64,000 bases of DNA from an uncultured delta proteobacterium (GTDB lineage: Bacteria; Myxococcota; UBA727; VGSZ01): the NCBI GenBank assembly GCA_963775425.1, contig CAVZJB010000016.1:896001-960000 (forward strand). Reading direction: 5' to 3'. Each line of letters opens with the position of its first letter. The stretch's first letter is position 1. The position numbers were made by a program, and so were the translations under genes. Shown here in pieces: positions 9,118-24,273 of the stretch. The notes beneath the pieces were generated by a model. The model searched no databases and was not told where the DNA came from. It saw only the letters and a list, made by a program, of their open reading frames with translations.

Positions 9118-12099
9118 TCAGAAGCCGGTGAGCTTTTCCTTCTCGGCGAAGGGGTCGCCCTTGTTCGAGTAGACCGTCAGCACCTCGCGTTGGGCGAACT
9201 CGTCGTCCTCGCGCGCCACCACCGTGATGACGTTGACGCCGGGCTTGAGCTTGACCGTGTGGCGCAGGACCGCGTTGGTCGGCCCGCGGCTCTTGAGGCT
9301 CTCGAAGTAGACCTTCTGGTCGCCGACGAAGACGTACGCGTCCTTCACCGGGCCGTCGTCGTCGATGTGGGCCTCGACGTTGTAGGTGTCGCCGTCCACC
9401 GTGGCCACGGGGCCGCCGGTGAAGCTGATGCGCGGCGGGTCGCGCCCGTAGACGAAGGAGAGCCCCTGCGGCTCGCCGTCCGCGCCGAGCACGATCTTGC
9501 CGCGCGCCGGCGCCAGGCCGGCCGACGGCACGTAACCGAAGAACGGCCCGAGCTTCACGCGCACGAAGCCGTTCACCTCGGCCACCGCGTCGAAGCGGGT
9601 GCCCGGCGCCGCCTTGGCGATCACCGCGCTCGTCGACTCCGCCGCCGCCAGCACCGACGCGCCCGCGTTGGCCTCAACGACCCCGCGCTTGCGCTTGACG
9701 GTCTCCTTCACGCTCTTGATCGGGAACTGCAAGCGCTCCACGAGCACGTCGCCGGTGACGGCGTCGAACACCTGCAGCCGCAGGTCGACCTTGTCGGCCT
9801 TGGTGTCGTGGTTGGGCTGCACCTTGAACGCGAAGCGGGCGACGCCGGAGCTGTCGGGCTTGAGCGCGTCGAGCTTCTGGCGGCCGGTCTCGATGAACGT
9901 CTCCGCGCCGCCGAGGTTCTTCAACAGCGCCGTGGGCTCCTCGGACACGCCGGCGCCGGTGTTCTTGATGCTCACCACGAGGTCCACGCTCTCGCCGTCC
10001 TGCAGCAGGCCGTCGCCGTTTCCGCCGCGGGCGTCGTCGATGAAGAGCGCGTACGAGAAGCGCGGCCGCGGGATGCCGTTGATGGTGACCGGGATGTCGA
10101 GGGTGCCGAGGGACCGCTCGTCATCGGCGAAGCTCAGGCGCACGAGATCACGCCGGGCCTGCAGCTCCTTCGGCACCTTCATGTTCACGGTCCACTGGCG
10201 GGCCTCGCCGGGCGCGAGCTTGCCGTAGAGGAACTCGTGGTCGGAGAAGAGGCCCATGGTGGCCTCGGTGTTGGCGCGCACCCGGTACAGCGGAGCCGCG
10301 CCGGCGTTCTTGGCCTGCACCACGAGCTTCAGGGTACCTCCGGCGTCGACGGGCTCCGCCGACACCACGTTCATGGCCAGCTTGCCGTTCTGGTCGGGCC
10401 CGCGGGTCCAATCGACGCCGAGCTTCATGAGCGCGTCGTCGATCTTCTTCTCCTCTTCATTGGTGATGCTGTCGATGGCGGGCTTCACGCCGTCGAGCAT
10501 CTGATCGTGCGACGCCACCGGCGCCTGCGTGAGCAGGCGGCGGCAGAGCCGGATCTCGAAGTCCTCGTGGAACTTGGACGAGGCGTCGCGGCGCTCCTGC
10601 TCGTCGGCGCTCACCTCTTCGGCGAGGTAGGCGAGCTTGTAGCGCGAGACGTGCTTCTTGATGCGCGAGTCGTCGAGGTGGCGGTCGAGGTCCTCCTCGC
10701 GCGTGTGCTCGTCGGGCAGGATGTTCAGGTCGTCGACGTCGTGGGCGAGGATGGGCGTGATCTGCACGTCCGGGGTGATGCCGACGCTCTGGATGCTCTC
10801 GTCGCCCGGCGTCAGGTACTGGCCGATGGTGAGCTTCAAAGAGCTCTGGTCGGGGAAGTCATAGAGCTGCTGGACGGATCCTTTTCCGAAGGTCTGGTCG
10901 CCCACGATGATGGCGCGGCCGCGGTTCTTCATGGCGCCCGCCACGATCTCCGACGCCGACGCCGAGCCGCCGTTCACCAGCACCACGAGCGGCAGGTCGA
11001 TCTTGCCTTGCTTGTTCTGCGCGCGGATCTCGCGGCGCTCACCGCCGGTGCCGCCCTCCTGGGTGACGACGATGACGCCGTCGTGCAGGAAGAGGTTGCT
11101 CACCTCCACGGCCTGGTCGAGGAGGCCGCCGGGGTTGTTGCGCAGGTCGAGCACGAGCCCGGACAGGTGCGTCTTCGCCTCCTTCTCCATGTCTGCGACG
11201 GCGGCGGCGACGTCGTCGGCGGTGTGCCCCTGGAACTGCTTGATCTTCACGTAGCCGAGCTTGGGCCCGGGCGTGCCGTCCGCGTTCGCGGGAGAGTCGA
11301 GGAGCTGGTGGGTGACGCTGTCGACGCGGATGGTGTCGCGCACGATCTCGAAGCGCTGCGCCTCCTCCCAGCCCTTGCGCATGATCCAGATGATGACGCT
11401 GGTGCCGGGCTTTCCGCGCAGCCGCTCGACGGCCTCGTCGAGGCCCATGTTCACCGTGGACTCTTCGCCGATCTTCACGATCTTGTCCTGCGCCTTGACG
11501 CCGGCGCGGTCGGCGGGCGTGCCGTCGATGGGGGAGATGACGGTGAGGGCGCCGTCGCGGATGGAGATGACGATGCCGAGGCCGCCGAACTCGCCCTTGG
11601 TGTTGAGCTTCATCTCCTGGGAGAAGCGCGGCTCGAGCAACACCGAGTGCGGGTCGAGCTTGGAGAGCATTCCGTTGACGGCGGCGTACTCGACGTCGCG
11701 GCGATCGACCTCGGGCGAGATGCGCGTCTCGAGGAACCGGAACACGTCGCGGAGCTTGAACGACAGCTCCCACAGCGACGTGACGTCGTCGAGCGGGAAC
11801 GTGCGCGTCTCGCTCCCGACCGTGACCACCACCTCGTTCTTCTCGTCCTCGACGAGCACCTCGGGCACGCTCTTTTCGACGGCGTCGAGGGACGCCAGGA
11901 GCATCTCCTTCGGGCGGATGCGCTGCGGCTCGACGTACTGCTCCTTCACGAGCAGCACCACGCGGTTGAACACGCGCAGCGAGGACAGCCGGTAGTCGGG
12001 ATCGACGTCGTTGGCGTGCGCTTCCGTGGAAGCCGCAACGAACGCAATTCCGGTCGCGAGCGTGAGCGTCGAGACCGCGAGGAGGAGAGCCTTCCGCAT
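9118..12099 (-). CDS. S41 family C-terminal processing protease (MXAN_5808-like) with PDZ and C-terminal Ig-like/SH3-like domains
   Basis: Signal peptide [15 protein letters not shown]; [15 protein letters not shown] (PDZ), [28 protein letters not shown]. Confidence 0.93.
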   Translation of the reverse strand: MRKALLLAVSTLTLATGIAFVAASTEAHANDVDPDYRLSSLRVFNRVVLLVKEQYVEPQRIRPKEMLLASLDAVEKSVPEVLVEDEKNEVVVTVGSETRTFPLDDVTSLWELSFKLRDVFRFLETRISPEVDRRDVEYAAVNGMLSKLDPHSVLLEPRFSQEMKLNTKGEFGGLGIVISIRDGALTVISPIDGTPADRAGVKAQDKIVKIGEESTVNMGLDEAVERLRGKPGTSVIIWIMRKGWEEAQRFEIVRDTIRVDSVTHQLLDSPANADGTPGPKLGYVKIKQFQGHTADDVAAAVADMEKEAKTHLSGLVLDLRNNPGGLLDQAVEVSNLFLHDGVIVVTQEGGTGGERREIRAQNKQGKIDLPLVVLVNGGSASASEIVAGAMKNRGRAIIVGDQTFGKGSVQQLYDFPDQSSLKLTIGQYLTPGDESIQSVGITPDVQITPILAHDVDDLNILPDEHTREEDLDRHLDDSRIKKHVSRYKLAYLAEEVSADEQERRDASSKFHEDFEIRLCRRLLTQAPVASHDQMLDGVKPAIDSITNEEEKKIDDALMKLGVDWTRGPDQNGKLAMNVVSAEPVDAGGTLKLVVQAKNAGAAPLYRVRANTEATMGLFSDHEFLYGKLAPGEARQWTVNMKVPKELQARRDLVRLSFADDERSLGTLDIPVTINGIPRPRFSYALFIDDARGGNGDGLLQDGESVDLVVSIKNTGAGVSEEPTALLKNLGGAETFIETGRQKLDALKPDSSGVARFAFKVQPNHDTKADKVDLRLQVFDAVTGDVLVERLQFPIKSVKETVKRKRGVVEANAGASVLAAAESTSAVIAKAAPGTRFDAVAEVNGFVRVKLGPFFGYVPSAGLAPARGKIVLGADGEPQGLSFVYGRDPPRISFTGGPVATVDGDTYNVEAHIDDDGPVKDAYVFVGDQKVYFESLKSRGPTNAVLRHTVKLKPGVNVITVVAREDDEFAQREVLTVYSNKGDPFAEKEKLTGF

Positions 12100-12217
12100 G
12101 ACTGTGAACGTAAGGTCTCTCCCCGTGTTGCAGCAAGCCGACGACGGGCATCGACGTTCCGTCGGTGCGTACACACGGCACGCGCAGGCCGCCTGACACC
12201 TCCTGTGTGTTGCTGCC

Positions 12218-12369
12218 CGGCTCTTCCCGGGGATCGGCTCTTGCCGGGGATCGGCTCTTCCGGGGCGGATCGGGCTCGTCGCCGGGGGGCGGCCGGCTCT
12301 CCCGGGGGGGCGATCCTCTCGTCCCGCGGGGGATCGGCTTTGCCCGGGATCGGCTATTCCCGGGGGGAT
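12218..12369. repeat. Degenerate tandem array, ~8 copies of a 16-23 bp CGGCTCTTCCCGGGGAT-like unit
   Basis: Units include cggctcttcccggggat, cggctcttgccggggat, cggctcttccggggcggat, cggctttgcccgggat and cggctattcccggggggat; G-run lengths vary. Confidence 0.75.
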
Positions 12370-14155
12370 CGTTCTGTTCGGGCGCCGGCGGCGACGGCGC
12401 GCTCGGCTCCGACGTCTCCTCGGGCTCGGGGTGCGCGACGCCGTTGACGCCGTTGCCGTCGGGGTGCGCCGATGTAGGCGCGGGCTGCACGGCCGGATCG
12501 GGGGGCGCGGCCTCGGCAGGCGCGGCCTCGGGCGGCGCGGCGGGCGCGGCCTCGGGCGGCGCGGCGGGCGCGGCCTCGGCCGGAGCGGCCTCTTGCGGCG
12601 CGGCGGGCTCGGGCGGCGCGGCATCGGCGGGCGCGGCATCGGGGGGCGCGGCCTCGGCGGGCGCGGCCTCGGCGGGCGCGTCCTCAGGGGCGGCCGGCGG
12701 CGCGGCCTCAGGGGCCGCGGGCGGCGCCGCGTCTGCCGGAGCTGTCGAGACGGGCGCGTGATCCGCCGGCTGCGGCGGCTCGGTCACGGGCGGCGGCGCG
12801 GGCGGCGCCGGCGGCTCCTGCGTCTGCTGGTGCGCCTGCTCGTCTTCCGCGTTGGCGGCGGCGATGTCGGCGGCGGAGATCGGTTGGGTCGTGCGGCCCG
12901 CGTCGTCGATCACCTGCTGCGCCTGCACCTCTTGCGTGCCGTCCGGCGTCGCCGCCACCGGCACGAGGGACTCGATCTGCGCGATGGAGACCTCTTGCGT
13001 GTGCGCCGGCGCCTGGAAGTCGTGCGCCTCGGCCTCGATCTGCGCGATCGAGACCTCCTGCGTCACCCCGGGCGGCGGCGGTGGCGCGGCCGCGTCCGTC
13101 GGCGGCACCGGGCCCGACTGCTCGGGCACCGGCGGAGCCGTGTCGCTCTCGGGCGGCAGGTCCGCGAGGCTCATCACCTTGGTGATCGACTGGAGGCGCT
13201 GCTCCGGGACCTCTTCGCCGTCGAGGTACGCGGGCTTCGGGTTGCGCCCGCGGGTGAGCGCCGCCTCCATGGACGCCTGGAGCCACGCCTTCCAGCGCGC
13301 GCGCGACTCCTCGGCCTCGCCGTTTTTCACCTCGGCGAGCTGGCCGATCGCCTGCGTGAGGGTGCCGCGCTCCGGGCTGCCGGTGGTGAACGCCTCGCCG
13401 AGGCGGTTGGCCACGCCGACGATCCACGTCACCGCCGTCTGCGTCTTCTCGACGAAGCCGGCCTGATCGAAGTGGGGGCCGCGCGCCTCGTGATCGCTCA
13501 TCGAGAGAGACGGCGGCATCGCCCCCGCGGCGCCGCGCGCGTCGGCGAGGGGCCCGAGCTCGGCGGCGAGACCCTTGAGCCAGCGCCCGAGGGCGGCCTC
13601 TCCCGGGCCGCTGCCGTAGACGCGCTTGAGCGCGCGATCGACGTGCTGGAGCGCGCGCTTGTTGGCGTCGACGTCGGCGAGCTCCAGGACCGGCTTCCAT
13701 TCGTGCTCGAGGTGACCGGGCACCGCCGACTGCAGCCACAGCCGCGCCTGCGCCCGCTCCACCGCCGCGCGCTGCGGCCCCTGCAACGACGCCGTGAGCA
13801 CGCCGACCTTCTCCTCGAGCATCTCGTGCGACAGCACGCCGATCCCGAGGGCGAGCCGGGCGAGGGGCCCGACGGCCGCGTCGTCCGGCGACAGGAGCTG
13901 GATGATCACGTCGAGGTGCGGCTGGCCTGGCGTGGGCGCGAGCAGCTTCTGCCAGCGCGCGGCCTCGCCGCCGCGGGAGAAGAGCCTGCGCAGCCACGAC
14001 ATCCCGCGGCGCTCGTTCTCGGGGAGGCCCGCGAGGGCGGCGCCGAGGGCGACGAGAGCTGGACGACGTCCAATCGCCTCACCCGGCAGAGGGTGTAAAC
14101 CCTCCGCAAAGCGCAAGCGTCGCGCGAAAGCAAGATGGAGGAAGAGGTCCGCCAT
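12354..14155 (-). CDS. Protein with degenerate Zn-dependent phospholipase C-like N-terminal domain and long Pro/Ala/Glu-rich tail; stop codon uncertain
   Basis: MADLFLHLAFA...LGAALAGLP...GVLSHEMLE; TQEVSIAQIE and PAEAAP repeats. As assembled the frame runs to 11039 over the S41 gene; a one-base indel in the G6 run at 12362-12367 would put TAG 12354-12356 in frame. Confidence 0.65.
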
Positions 14156-14271
14156 GCCCGTCGCGCCAATCTAGACCCGAATGGCGGCTGGCACCAAGCA
14201 CATGACGGAGGTGCGACACAAACCCATCGGAAGCTTGCGTGACCCGGGGGGCCTGGTAGCGTCCGCCCCCC

Positions 14272-15861
<1,590 letters not shown>

Positions 15862-15990
15862 CGACACAGATGTCGCGGTTGTCACCGGCGCTCGCGCGCA
15901 ACTCCCTGGAATTGCGTAGATGTGGTGGTTGGCGCGGCGGGTGCTGAAGGGCAGGCGTCGCCTTTCGAGGCCGTAATCGTAGATGGAATG

Positions 15991-16024
15991 AGCAAAAGAG
16001 GCCCTTGCGGCCTCTTTTGCTTTG
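15991..16024. terminator. Intrinsic (possibly bidirectional) terminator-like hairpin between pepA and rho
   Basis: AGCAAAAGAGGCC-CTTGC-GGCCTCTTTTGCT, a perfect 13-bp inverted repeat with T-rich 3' side and A-rich 5' side. Confidence 0.75.
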
Positions 16025-16162
16025 CTACACAAGCAGCGGCGGCGACGCCTTCTTCCGTTCGCCCCGACAGAGCCAGTCAACGGCGCCCTTCAACGGCCTC
16101 CCGTGCCCCCAAGCCGCACCCGCGCAAGACAGGGCACGTCGCGAGAAAACCCCCAGAGAACC

Positions 16163-17518
16163 ATGACGACCGACGAGACCCAACAGCACCGCCCCCGTCC
16201 CCAACAACAGCCGCCGCCGCGCCCGCAGGGCCCGCAGGCGCCCACGGTGAACCCGGACGTGGCGCCGGTCGATTTGTCGGCTTTGAAGCAGTCGAAGATC
16301 CCCGAGCTGCACGCCATGGCCTCGGAGAACGCCATCGAGCTGTCGTCGGGAAACCTGCGCAAGCAGGACGTCATCTTCGAGATCCTCCGGTGGCAGAGCG
16401 ACCAGTCGGGCGCCATCGTCGGCGCCGGCGTCCTCGAGACGACCAACGAGGGCTACGGCTTCCTGCGGGAGCCCGCCTACAACTACGAGCCCTCGCCGGA
16501 CGACATTTATGTCGCGCCTTCGATCATCCGCGGCCACGGCCTGCGGACGGGCGACACCCTGGTCGGGCTGGTGCGCCCGCCCACGGAGAAGGAGCGCTAC
16601 TACTCCCTCTACAAGGTCGAGAAGGTCAACGGGCTGCCGGCGGCGGACGCCAAGGCCAAGATCCCCTTCGAGAACCTCACGCCGCTGTTCCCCGAGGAGC
16701 GCTTCAAGCTCGAGACCAAGGCGGGGAACTTCTCCACGCGCATCATCGACCTGCTCTGCCCCATCGGCAAAGGCCAGCGCGCGCTCATCGTGTCGCCGCC
16801 CCGCGCCGGCAAGACGGTGCTGATGCAGGACGTCGCCAACGCCATCACCGCCAACCACCCGGAGGCCACCCTCATCGTGCTGCTCGTCGACGAGCGCCCC
16901 GAGGAGGTCACCGACATGCAGCGGAACATCAAGGGCGAGGTGATCTCCTCCACCTTCGACGAGCCGCCCACGCGCCACGTGCAGGTGGCCGAGATGGTGA
17001 TCGAGAAGGCCAAGCGCCTCGTGGAGCAGAAGAAGGACGTCGTCATCCTCCTCGACTCCATCACGCGCCTCGGCCGCGCCTACAACGCCGTGGTGCCCGC
17101 GTCCGGCAAGATCCTCTCCGGCGGCGTCGACAGCAACGCGCTTCAAAAGCCCAAGCGCTTCTTCGGCGCGGCGAGAAACGTCGAGGAGGGCGGCTCTTTG
17201 ACCATCATCGCCACCGCGCTCATCGACACGGGCTCGCGCATGGACGAGGTGATCTTCGAGGAGTTCAAGGGCACCGGCAACAGCGAGGTCGTCCTCGACC
17301 GGAAGCTCATGGAGAAGCGCATCTTCCCCTGCCTCGACATCAACAAGTCGGGCACGCGCAAGGAGGAGCTGCTCCTCGGCGAGGCCATCGTGAACCGCGT
17401 GTGGATCCTGCGCCAGCTCCTGCATCCGCTGAACGTCATCGACTCCATGGAGTTCCTGCTGTCCCGCATGAAGGGCACCAAGTCGAACCAGGAGTTCCTC
17501 GACTCGATGAGCGCCTGA
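16163..17518 (+). CDS. rho: Transcription termination factor Rho
   Basis: [69 protein letters not shown]; ATG at 16163. Confidence 0.99.
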   Translation: MTTDETQQHRPRPQQQPPPRPQGPQAPTVNPDVAPVDLSALKQSKIPELHAMASENAIELSSGNLRKQDVIFEILRWQSDQSGAIVGAGVLETTNEGYGFLREPAYNYEPSPDDIYVAPSIIRGHGLRTGDTLVGLVRPPTEKERYYSLYKVEKVNGLPAADAKAKIPFENLTPLFPEERFKLETKAGNFSTRIIDLLCPIGKGQRALIVSPPRAGKTVLMQDVANAITANHPEATLIVLLVDERPEEVTDMQRNIKGEVISSTFDEPPTRHVQVAEMVIEKAKRLVEQKKDVVILLDSITRLGRAYNAVVPASGKILSGGVDSNALQKPKRFFGAARNVEEGGSLTIIATALIDTGSRMDEVIFEEFKGTGNSEVVLDRKLMEKRIFPCLDINKSGTRKEELLLGEAIVNRVWILRQLLHPLNVIDSMEFLLSRMKGTKSNQEFLDSMSA

Positions 17519-17581
17519 CGCGTCACGGGCCGGAGCGCGCGCGCCGCCCCCCGGCGAGCGCGCCGCGCCTCCGGGCGTCCG

Positions 17582-19675
<2,094 letters not shown>

Positions 19676-19797
19676 GCGAGCATAGCGCGCGCCCGTCGGA
19701 ATTCCCGATGTGCGCGCAATGCCTACGCGGCAGATCGACGTCGAGGACGTTAGAATTTGGCGTGTTTGCCTCGGTCCTGCCTCGTCGCCCGGAGCGC

Positions 19798-20490
19798 ATG
19801 GGCTTCGCCAGCTTGTGCGCTGTGATGGCGCTCGGCATCGCGACACCCGAGGCCCAGCCCGCCCCGGCCATCGACATCATCGCGCGCGGGGCGCACCCGG
19901 CCTCGGTGCACGCGGTGCGGAGCCTGTTGAGCGAGATGCGCATCGCCCCTCGCCTGCGCGACCGCCTGCGCGACGCGCGGCTCTCCATCATCATCGTGCC
20001 GCGCCGCGTGCCCCTCACCGACGTCCCCCAATTCGCCTCCCTGCGCGGCCACCGCACCTTCGACGGCCGGCTCTGGGATCGCGTGCGCGGCACGGGCGGC
20101 GTGCGGCTCGCGAACGGCCGCGTCGGCGTCGCCATCCCCGAGGAGAACCTGTTCGGGTTCGCCGACGACGCGTACCCGTCGCTGGCCATCGCCGTCCACG
20201 AGATCGCGCACGCCATCCACGATCGCGTCCTCACGGACGACGACCGCCGCGCCGTCGCCGCCGCCTACGGCGCGCGTCTTCGGAGCGGCGCCCCCTTCAC
20301 CGACGCCTACGCGCGGAGCAACGTGCGCGAATACTTCGCCGAGGGCGCCAACGCGTTCTTCGGCCGGTGGCCGAACCGCGCCTACCGCGACGCTTCGTGG
20401 CTCTACGCCCACGACCGCGCCCTGTACGCCATCATGGTCCACGTCTTCGGCCCGCCCCGGCGCGCCCCCGTCGGCGTCGGCAGCGCCTGA
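19798..20490 (+). CDS. Secreted zinc metallopeptidase, anthrax lethal factor / Pro-Pro endopeptidase-like
   Basis: Signal-like N-terminus; GRLWDRVRGTGG, AVHEIAHAIH (HExxH), YARSNVREYFAEG. Confidence 0.8.
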   Translation: MGFASLCAVMALGIATPEAQPAPAIDIIARGAHPASVHAVRSLLSEMRIAPRLRDRLRDARLSIIIVPRRVPLTDVPQFASLRGHRTFDGRLWDRVRGTGGVRLANGRVGVAIPEENLFGFADDAYPSLAIAVHEIAHAIHDRVLTDDDRRAVAAAYGARLRSGAPFTDAYARSNVREYFAEGANAFFGRWPNRAYRDASWLYAHDRALYAIMVHVFGPPRRAPVGVGSA

Positions 20491-20513
20491 GCGGACCCGT
20501 CGGCGCGCGGCGA

Positions 20514-21788
20514 TCAAGCGCGCACCGTGAGGGCGAGCCCGACGCCTGACGCGCGCGACCACGTCGACAACAGCGCCATCTCCTCCGCCGTGGGCGCGCG
20601 ATTCGCCAAGCCCTTTACCTGCACGACGACGCGCTTGGGCAACGCCACCTCGATGGTGACGCCCGTGTCCCCGCCGTCGGGCGCGGCCGAAAAGATCGCG
20701 CACGTGCCGCGCGCCACGCGCTCGGCGTACATCGCCACGCAGTGCCGCATGCGCGCGCCCTCGTCTTGCAGCGCGATGCCGCTGTCGATCTCCCGCACCG
20801 CCCACGTGCGCCCGGTCTCGGCGAGGCCGAACACGCCGCCGGCGACGCCCGAAGGCGGAAACGGCCCGAGGTACCGGGAGGGCGTCATGAACCGCGGCAC
20901 CTCGCGGCGCGCGATCTCGACGACGCTCGCCGCGGTCCGCCCCGCGAACGAGAAGGCGACGTCGACGCGACGGCGGTGCGCGACGAACCGGCACACGTCG
21001 ACGAGCTCGGCGTACTCGAGGCGAACCCGCGCGAGAAACGTGAGGAAGCGCGTGATCAGCGCCTCCTCCGCCGCGTCACCGAACGTGTCCATGGCGAGGT
21101 GGCCCGCCGCGACGCCGGCGACCGCAGGGTCGATGCGCGCGGCCGCGGCCTGCGCCTGCCGCACGGCGATGCGCGGACCGGACGACGACGACGTCGCCAG
21201 CGCGTGCGCGACCGCGCGCGTGACGACGACCGGGAGGCCGGCGTCCACGTAGCTGTCGCCCTGGGCGACGTGTGGGTAGATGAACGGCGGCGGCGCGTCG
21301 GCGTCGCCGCGCGGCGCCATCGCCGACGGCGGATGGATCATCGTCGACGTCGTCCAACGAGGCACCGGGTAGTGCGCGAACAGGTGGTGAAGCCACTCGA
21401 AGAGCTGCTCGCGTCCGCTGCTCGCGCGCGGCGCGTACGAGTCCACCGACCGCACGAAGCGACCGTGATGGAACGCGGCGCGCGCGAGGACACACGCGCC
21501 AATCTCTCTTCGGTGCGTTCGGGTGGTGAGCGCGTCGGGGCTGACGACGGCGGCGTGTGCGAGGACGCGGCGGGCGGCGGCGACGACGTCGTCGGGCTGC
21601 CCGTTCATCCAGGCGCGGGCCGCGGCAAAGCCGCGCAGGCGCGACGGCAGCGTGTGCTCATCGAGCAGCGCGTCGACGAGCGCCGCCTTTCCTCGGGCGC
21701 GCGCGCCGCGGCGGCCGGTGAAGCGGGGATCGCGGGGGTGGGTGGGCGGACGCGCGTCGGCGCGCCGCGGGAGGTGACGGCGTGACAT
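20514..21788 (-). CDS. PcfJ domain-containing protein
   Basis: LQDEGARMRHCVAMY...CAIFS...VTIEV...VVQVKGLANR is the PcfJ-like signature; also HLFAHYPVPRW. Confidence 0.85.
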   Translation of the reverse strand: MSRRHLPRRADARPPTHPRDPRFTGRRGARARGKAALVDALLDEHTLPSRLRGFAAARAWMNGQPDDVVAAARRVLAHAAVVSPDALTTRTHRREIGACVLARAAFHHGRFVRSVDSYAPRASSGREQLFEWLHHLFAHYPVPRWTTSTMIHPPSAMAPRGDADAPPPFIYPHVAQGDSYVDAGLPVVVTRAVAHALATSSSSGPRIAVRQAQAAAARIDPAVAGVAAGHLAMDTFGDAAEEALITRFLTFLARVRLEYAELVDVCRFVAHRRRVDVAFSFAGRTAASVVEIARREVPRFMTPSRYLGPFPPSGVAGGVFGLAETGRTWAVREIDSGIALQDEGARMRHCVAMYAERVARGTCAIFSAAPDGGDTGVTIEVALPKRVVVQVKGLANRAPTAEEMALLSTWSRASGVGLALTVRA

Positions 21789-21927
21789 GGGGACCTCGTC
21801 GCTCTTGTGTGGAACGCAGCCGGTGTCGTCGTCGGAGACGACTACCGGGAGGCGGGCAGCACGGCGAAGGCGAGGGAGCTCATGGCGTCATGGGACGCGC
21901 CCCGCCCGCGACGCATTCAAGGGCGGG

Positions 21928-23254
21928 TCAGTCCGCGAGCCGCTCGATGGGCGGGGGGGACCACCGGCCGTCGAGGACCTCGTCGCGAGGCCAGTACATG
22001 CGCAGCACCACGTTGAACGGGCCCGCCGGCGCCGGCAGCCAATTCGCCTCGCGCGACGCGCCCGGTGAATCGTGCTGGAGCGCCAGGTCGAGCAATCCGT
22101 CTTCGTTCCGGACGAGGGCGTCGCGGTCGCCGAGGACGCAGCGCCCGGCGGCGTTGTCGACGAGGTACTGGCGCTCGTCGTACATCGTGAGCGACCAGAA
22201 CGCGCGCACCGGCGGGGTGCGCCCGGGCGCGAAGTGGACGACGTAGCGGTGGACGCCGTCGAGCGCCCGTCCGTCGGAGTCGACCGCCGCGCGCGCGTAG
22301 ACGGCGTCGGCCGGGAGGTTGGCGCCGAGGCCGAAGCAGGCGACGGCGGCGCGCTTGTCGTAGTCGGTGCCCCAGCGGCCGAGGTCCCTCGCGAGGGACC
22401 AGCCGTTGACCGTTGCGCCGAGCGCCTCCCGCCCGCGGTCGATCCGCTCGAGGGCCTCCGCCACGCCCTCGCCGAGCTCGCCGGCGATCCCCGCAGGCGG
22501 GGCGAAGGATCCCGCGCGCGAGCCCGAGGCGCGCGAAGCGGGCGAGGACGGGCGCGTCCGCCCGCGCCGGCGGGTTCGCGACGAGGAGCGCGGCCAGGCG
22601 CCGGAAGAACGCGAGCGGCTCCATCAGGGCGACCTGCTCGGGCGGCGGGCGCGTGACGTCGACGCCAGGGTCCACAGGCGGCATCTCGTCGCCGCGGCCG
22701 CGGCCGCGCCACGCCGACAGCGGCGCGAGCGCGAGGGCGTCCTGGAAGCGGTGGACGGCGTCGTAGTCGGCCTTGCCGTTGGTCTGCGTGCGGCCGATGA
22801 CCCAGGCCATCGCCGTCGGCGAGCGCAGCACCTCGTCGACGCCGGGCGGCACGGGCCCCGCGAAGTCCGGCGCCACGATCGCGAAGGTGCGCGCCGCCTC
22901 GCCGGTCGTTCGCGTCCCCGGGGACGCGAACACGTCCGTCCAGGCCGACAGGATGGGCATGAGGAAGTAGCGGCCGCGGCTCGGCGGGACGGCGAGGATC
23001 ACGGGCTCGGCCTGCACGTCGAGCCACGCCATCGAGTAGAGCGTGTCCGCGTTCGGGCTCACCACCGACGTGAACGACGCGCCCGGGAACGCTCGCATGT
23101 GGATGAAGCGGTTGGTGCGCGCGCCCCCGAACGGGCCCTCGAGGTTCTGCGTCACGTCGCGCGTGACGTCCATCAGCACGAGCGGGTAGCCGTAGATGAA
23201 GGCGTCGGCCACGAGCTCGACGGTGTCCACGGGGGTGTGCTCGCTCGCGCGCAT
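21928..23254 (-). pseudogene. DUF1254/DUF1214 protein split by a frameshift near 22511 (possibly a sequencing error)
   Basis: AFIYGYPLV...VVSPNADTLYSMAWLD (DUF1254) in one frame; NGWS...GLGANLPADAVY...PPVRAFWSLTMYD...NWLPAPAGPF..LRMYWP (DUF1214) in the adjacent frame. Confidence 0.85.
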
Positions 23255-23312
23255 GGGACCTCCTCCGAGATCGATAGCGACCGCCGTGCCGGGATCGCGG
23301 CGAGCCGGTGAT

Positions 23313-24191
23313 CTACTTGCCCGACGGCTGCGCGAGCGAGACGAAGGGCGACGCGCGGTCGCCGGTGACCTGCGGCAGCCGCCCGTCCCACTTCTCGAGC
23401 GTCTTCTCCGTCAAGCGGTACCGCGCGAGCTCGGGGCTGATGGAGTGGGCGATGATGCCGTTGGCGTCCGCCTCGCCCTGCGCGCGCAGCTTCGTGGCCT
23501 CCGCCTCGCCCCGGGCCTCCTCGATCTTCTGCTGCGCCACCGCTTTGGTCTCGCGCAGCTTGTTCTCGGCGGCGATGGCCTGCTGCGTCGTGGCGATCTT
23601 CTCGTCGATGCGCTGCTTGATGCTCGCCGGCACGCGGATATCGTTGATGAGCGCGAACGTGTCGACGGTGAAGCCCTCGGGCTCGAGGCGGTCCTTGATG
23701 GCCTTGGCGGCCTCGTCCTCGAACCTGGCGCGGCCCTCGCCGACGATCTCGTCGACGGTCATGCTCGCCGACGCCCGGGCGAGCGAGTCGCGCACGATGT
23801 CGCGGATCACGCCGTCCTTCAGGGTCTCCATCTGCTGGCGGTACTTGGTGTACACGCGCGGCGCCTGCGACTCCTTCATGTGGAAGGCGAGGCTGGCGTC
23901 GGTGTTGAGGGACACGCCCTCACGCGTGTTGATGGTGAAGCTGTCGTCGTTGGGGGAGCCCTCGGTCGGCGACTTGGTCCACACCACGCGGACCACGCGC
24001 ACCGGGTAGACGACGATGGCGGTGGAGTACGGGTTGTACCAGACGCGTCCCACCTTCACGTCCGCCGACGTCACCTCACGATGGTCGCCGGTCTTGTCGA
24101 TGACGATGCCCACGTAGCCCGGCTCGATGAGCGTGCACGCGCACGACGACAAGGGAAGGACGGCGAGGACGGAAAAGAGCGCGGCGCGCAT
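23313..24191 (-). CDS. SPFH/prohibitin (band 7) family protein
   Basis: CTLIEPGYVGIVI, WYNPY, AEATKLRAQGEADAN, EKWDGRLPQVTG; GGAGG SD upstream. Confidence 0.92.
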   Translation of the reverse strand: MRAALFSVLAVLPLSSCACTLIEPGYVGIVIDKTGDHREVTSADVKVGRVWYNPYSTAIVVYPVRVVRVVWTKSPTEGSPNDDSFTINTREGVSLNTDASLAFHMKESQAPRVYTKYRQQMETLKDGVIRDIVRDSLARASASMTVDEIVGEGRARFEDEAAKAIKDRLEPEGFTVDTFALINDIRVPASIKQRIDEKIATTQQAIAAENKLRETKAVAQQKIEEARGEAEATKLRAQGEADANGIIAHSISPELARYRLTEKTLEKWDGRLPQVTGDRASPFVSLAQPSGK

Positions 24192-24273
24192 GGTGACCTC
24201 CAGTTGGGATCACCGTACGCGCCGCCTCGTTCCAAAGCTGAGCGACGTTTGCACCCGCCGCCTGCCCGTGGCC

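Noticed and set aside
11039-12353. Real 1038-aa protein overlapping the S41 protease gene
   Set aside because: The extension is off-frame Arg-rich sequence; a homopolymer indel near 12362-12367 is the simpler explanation.
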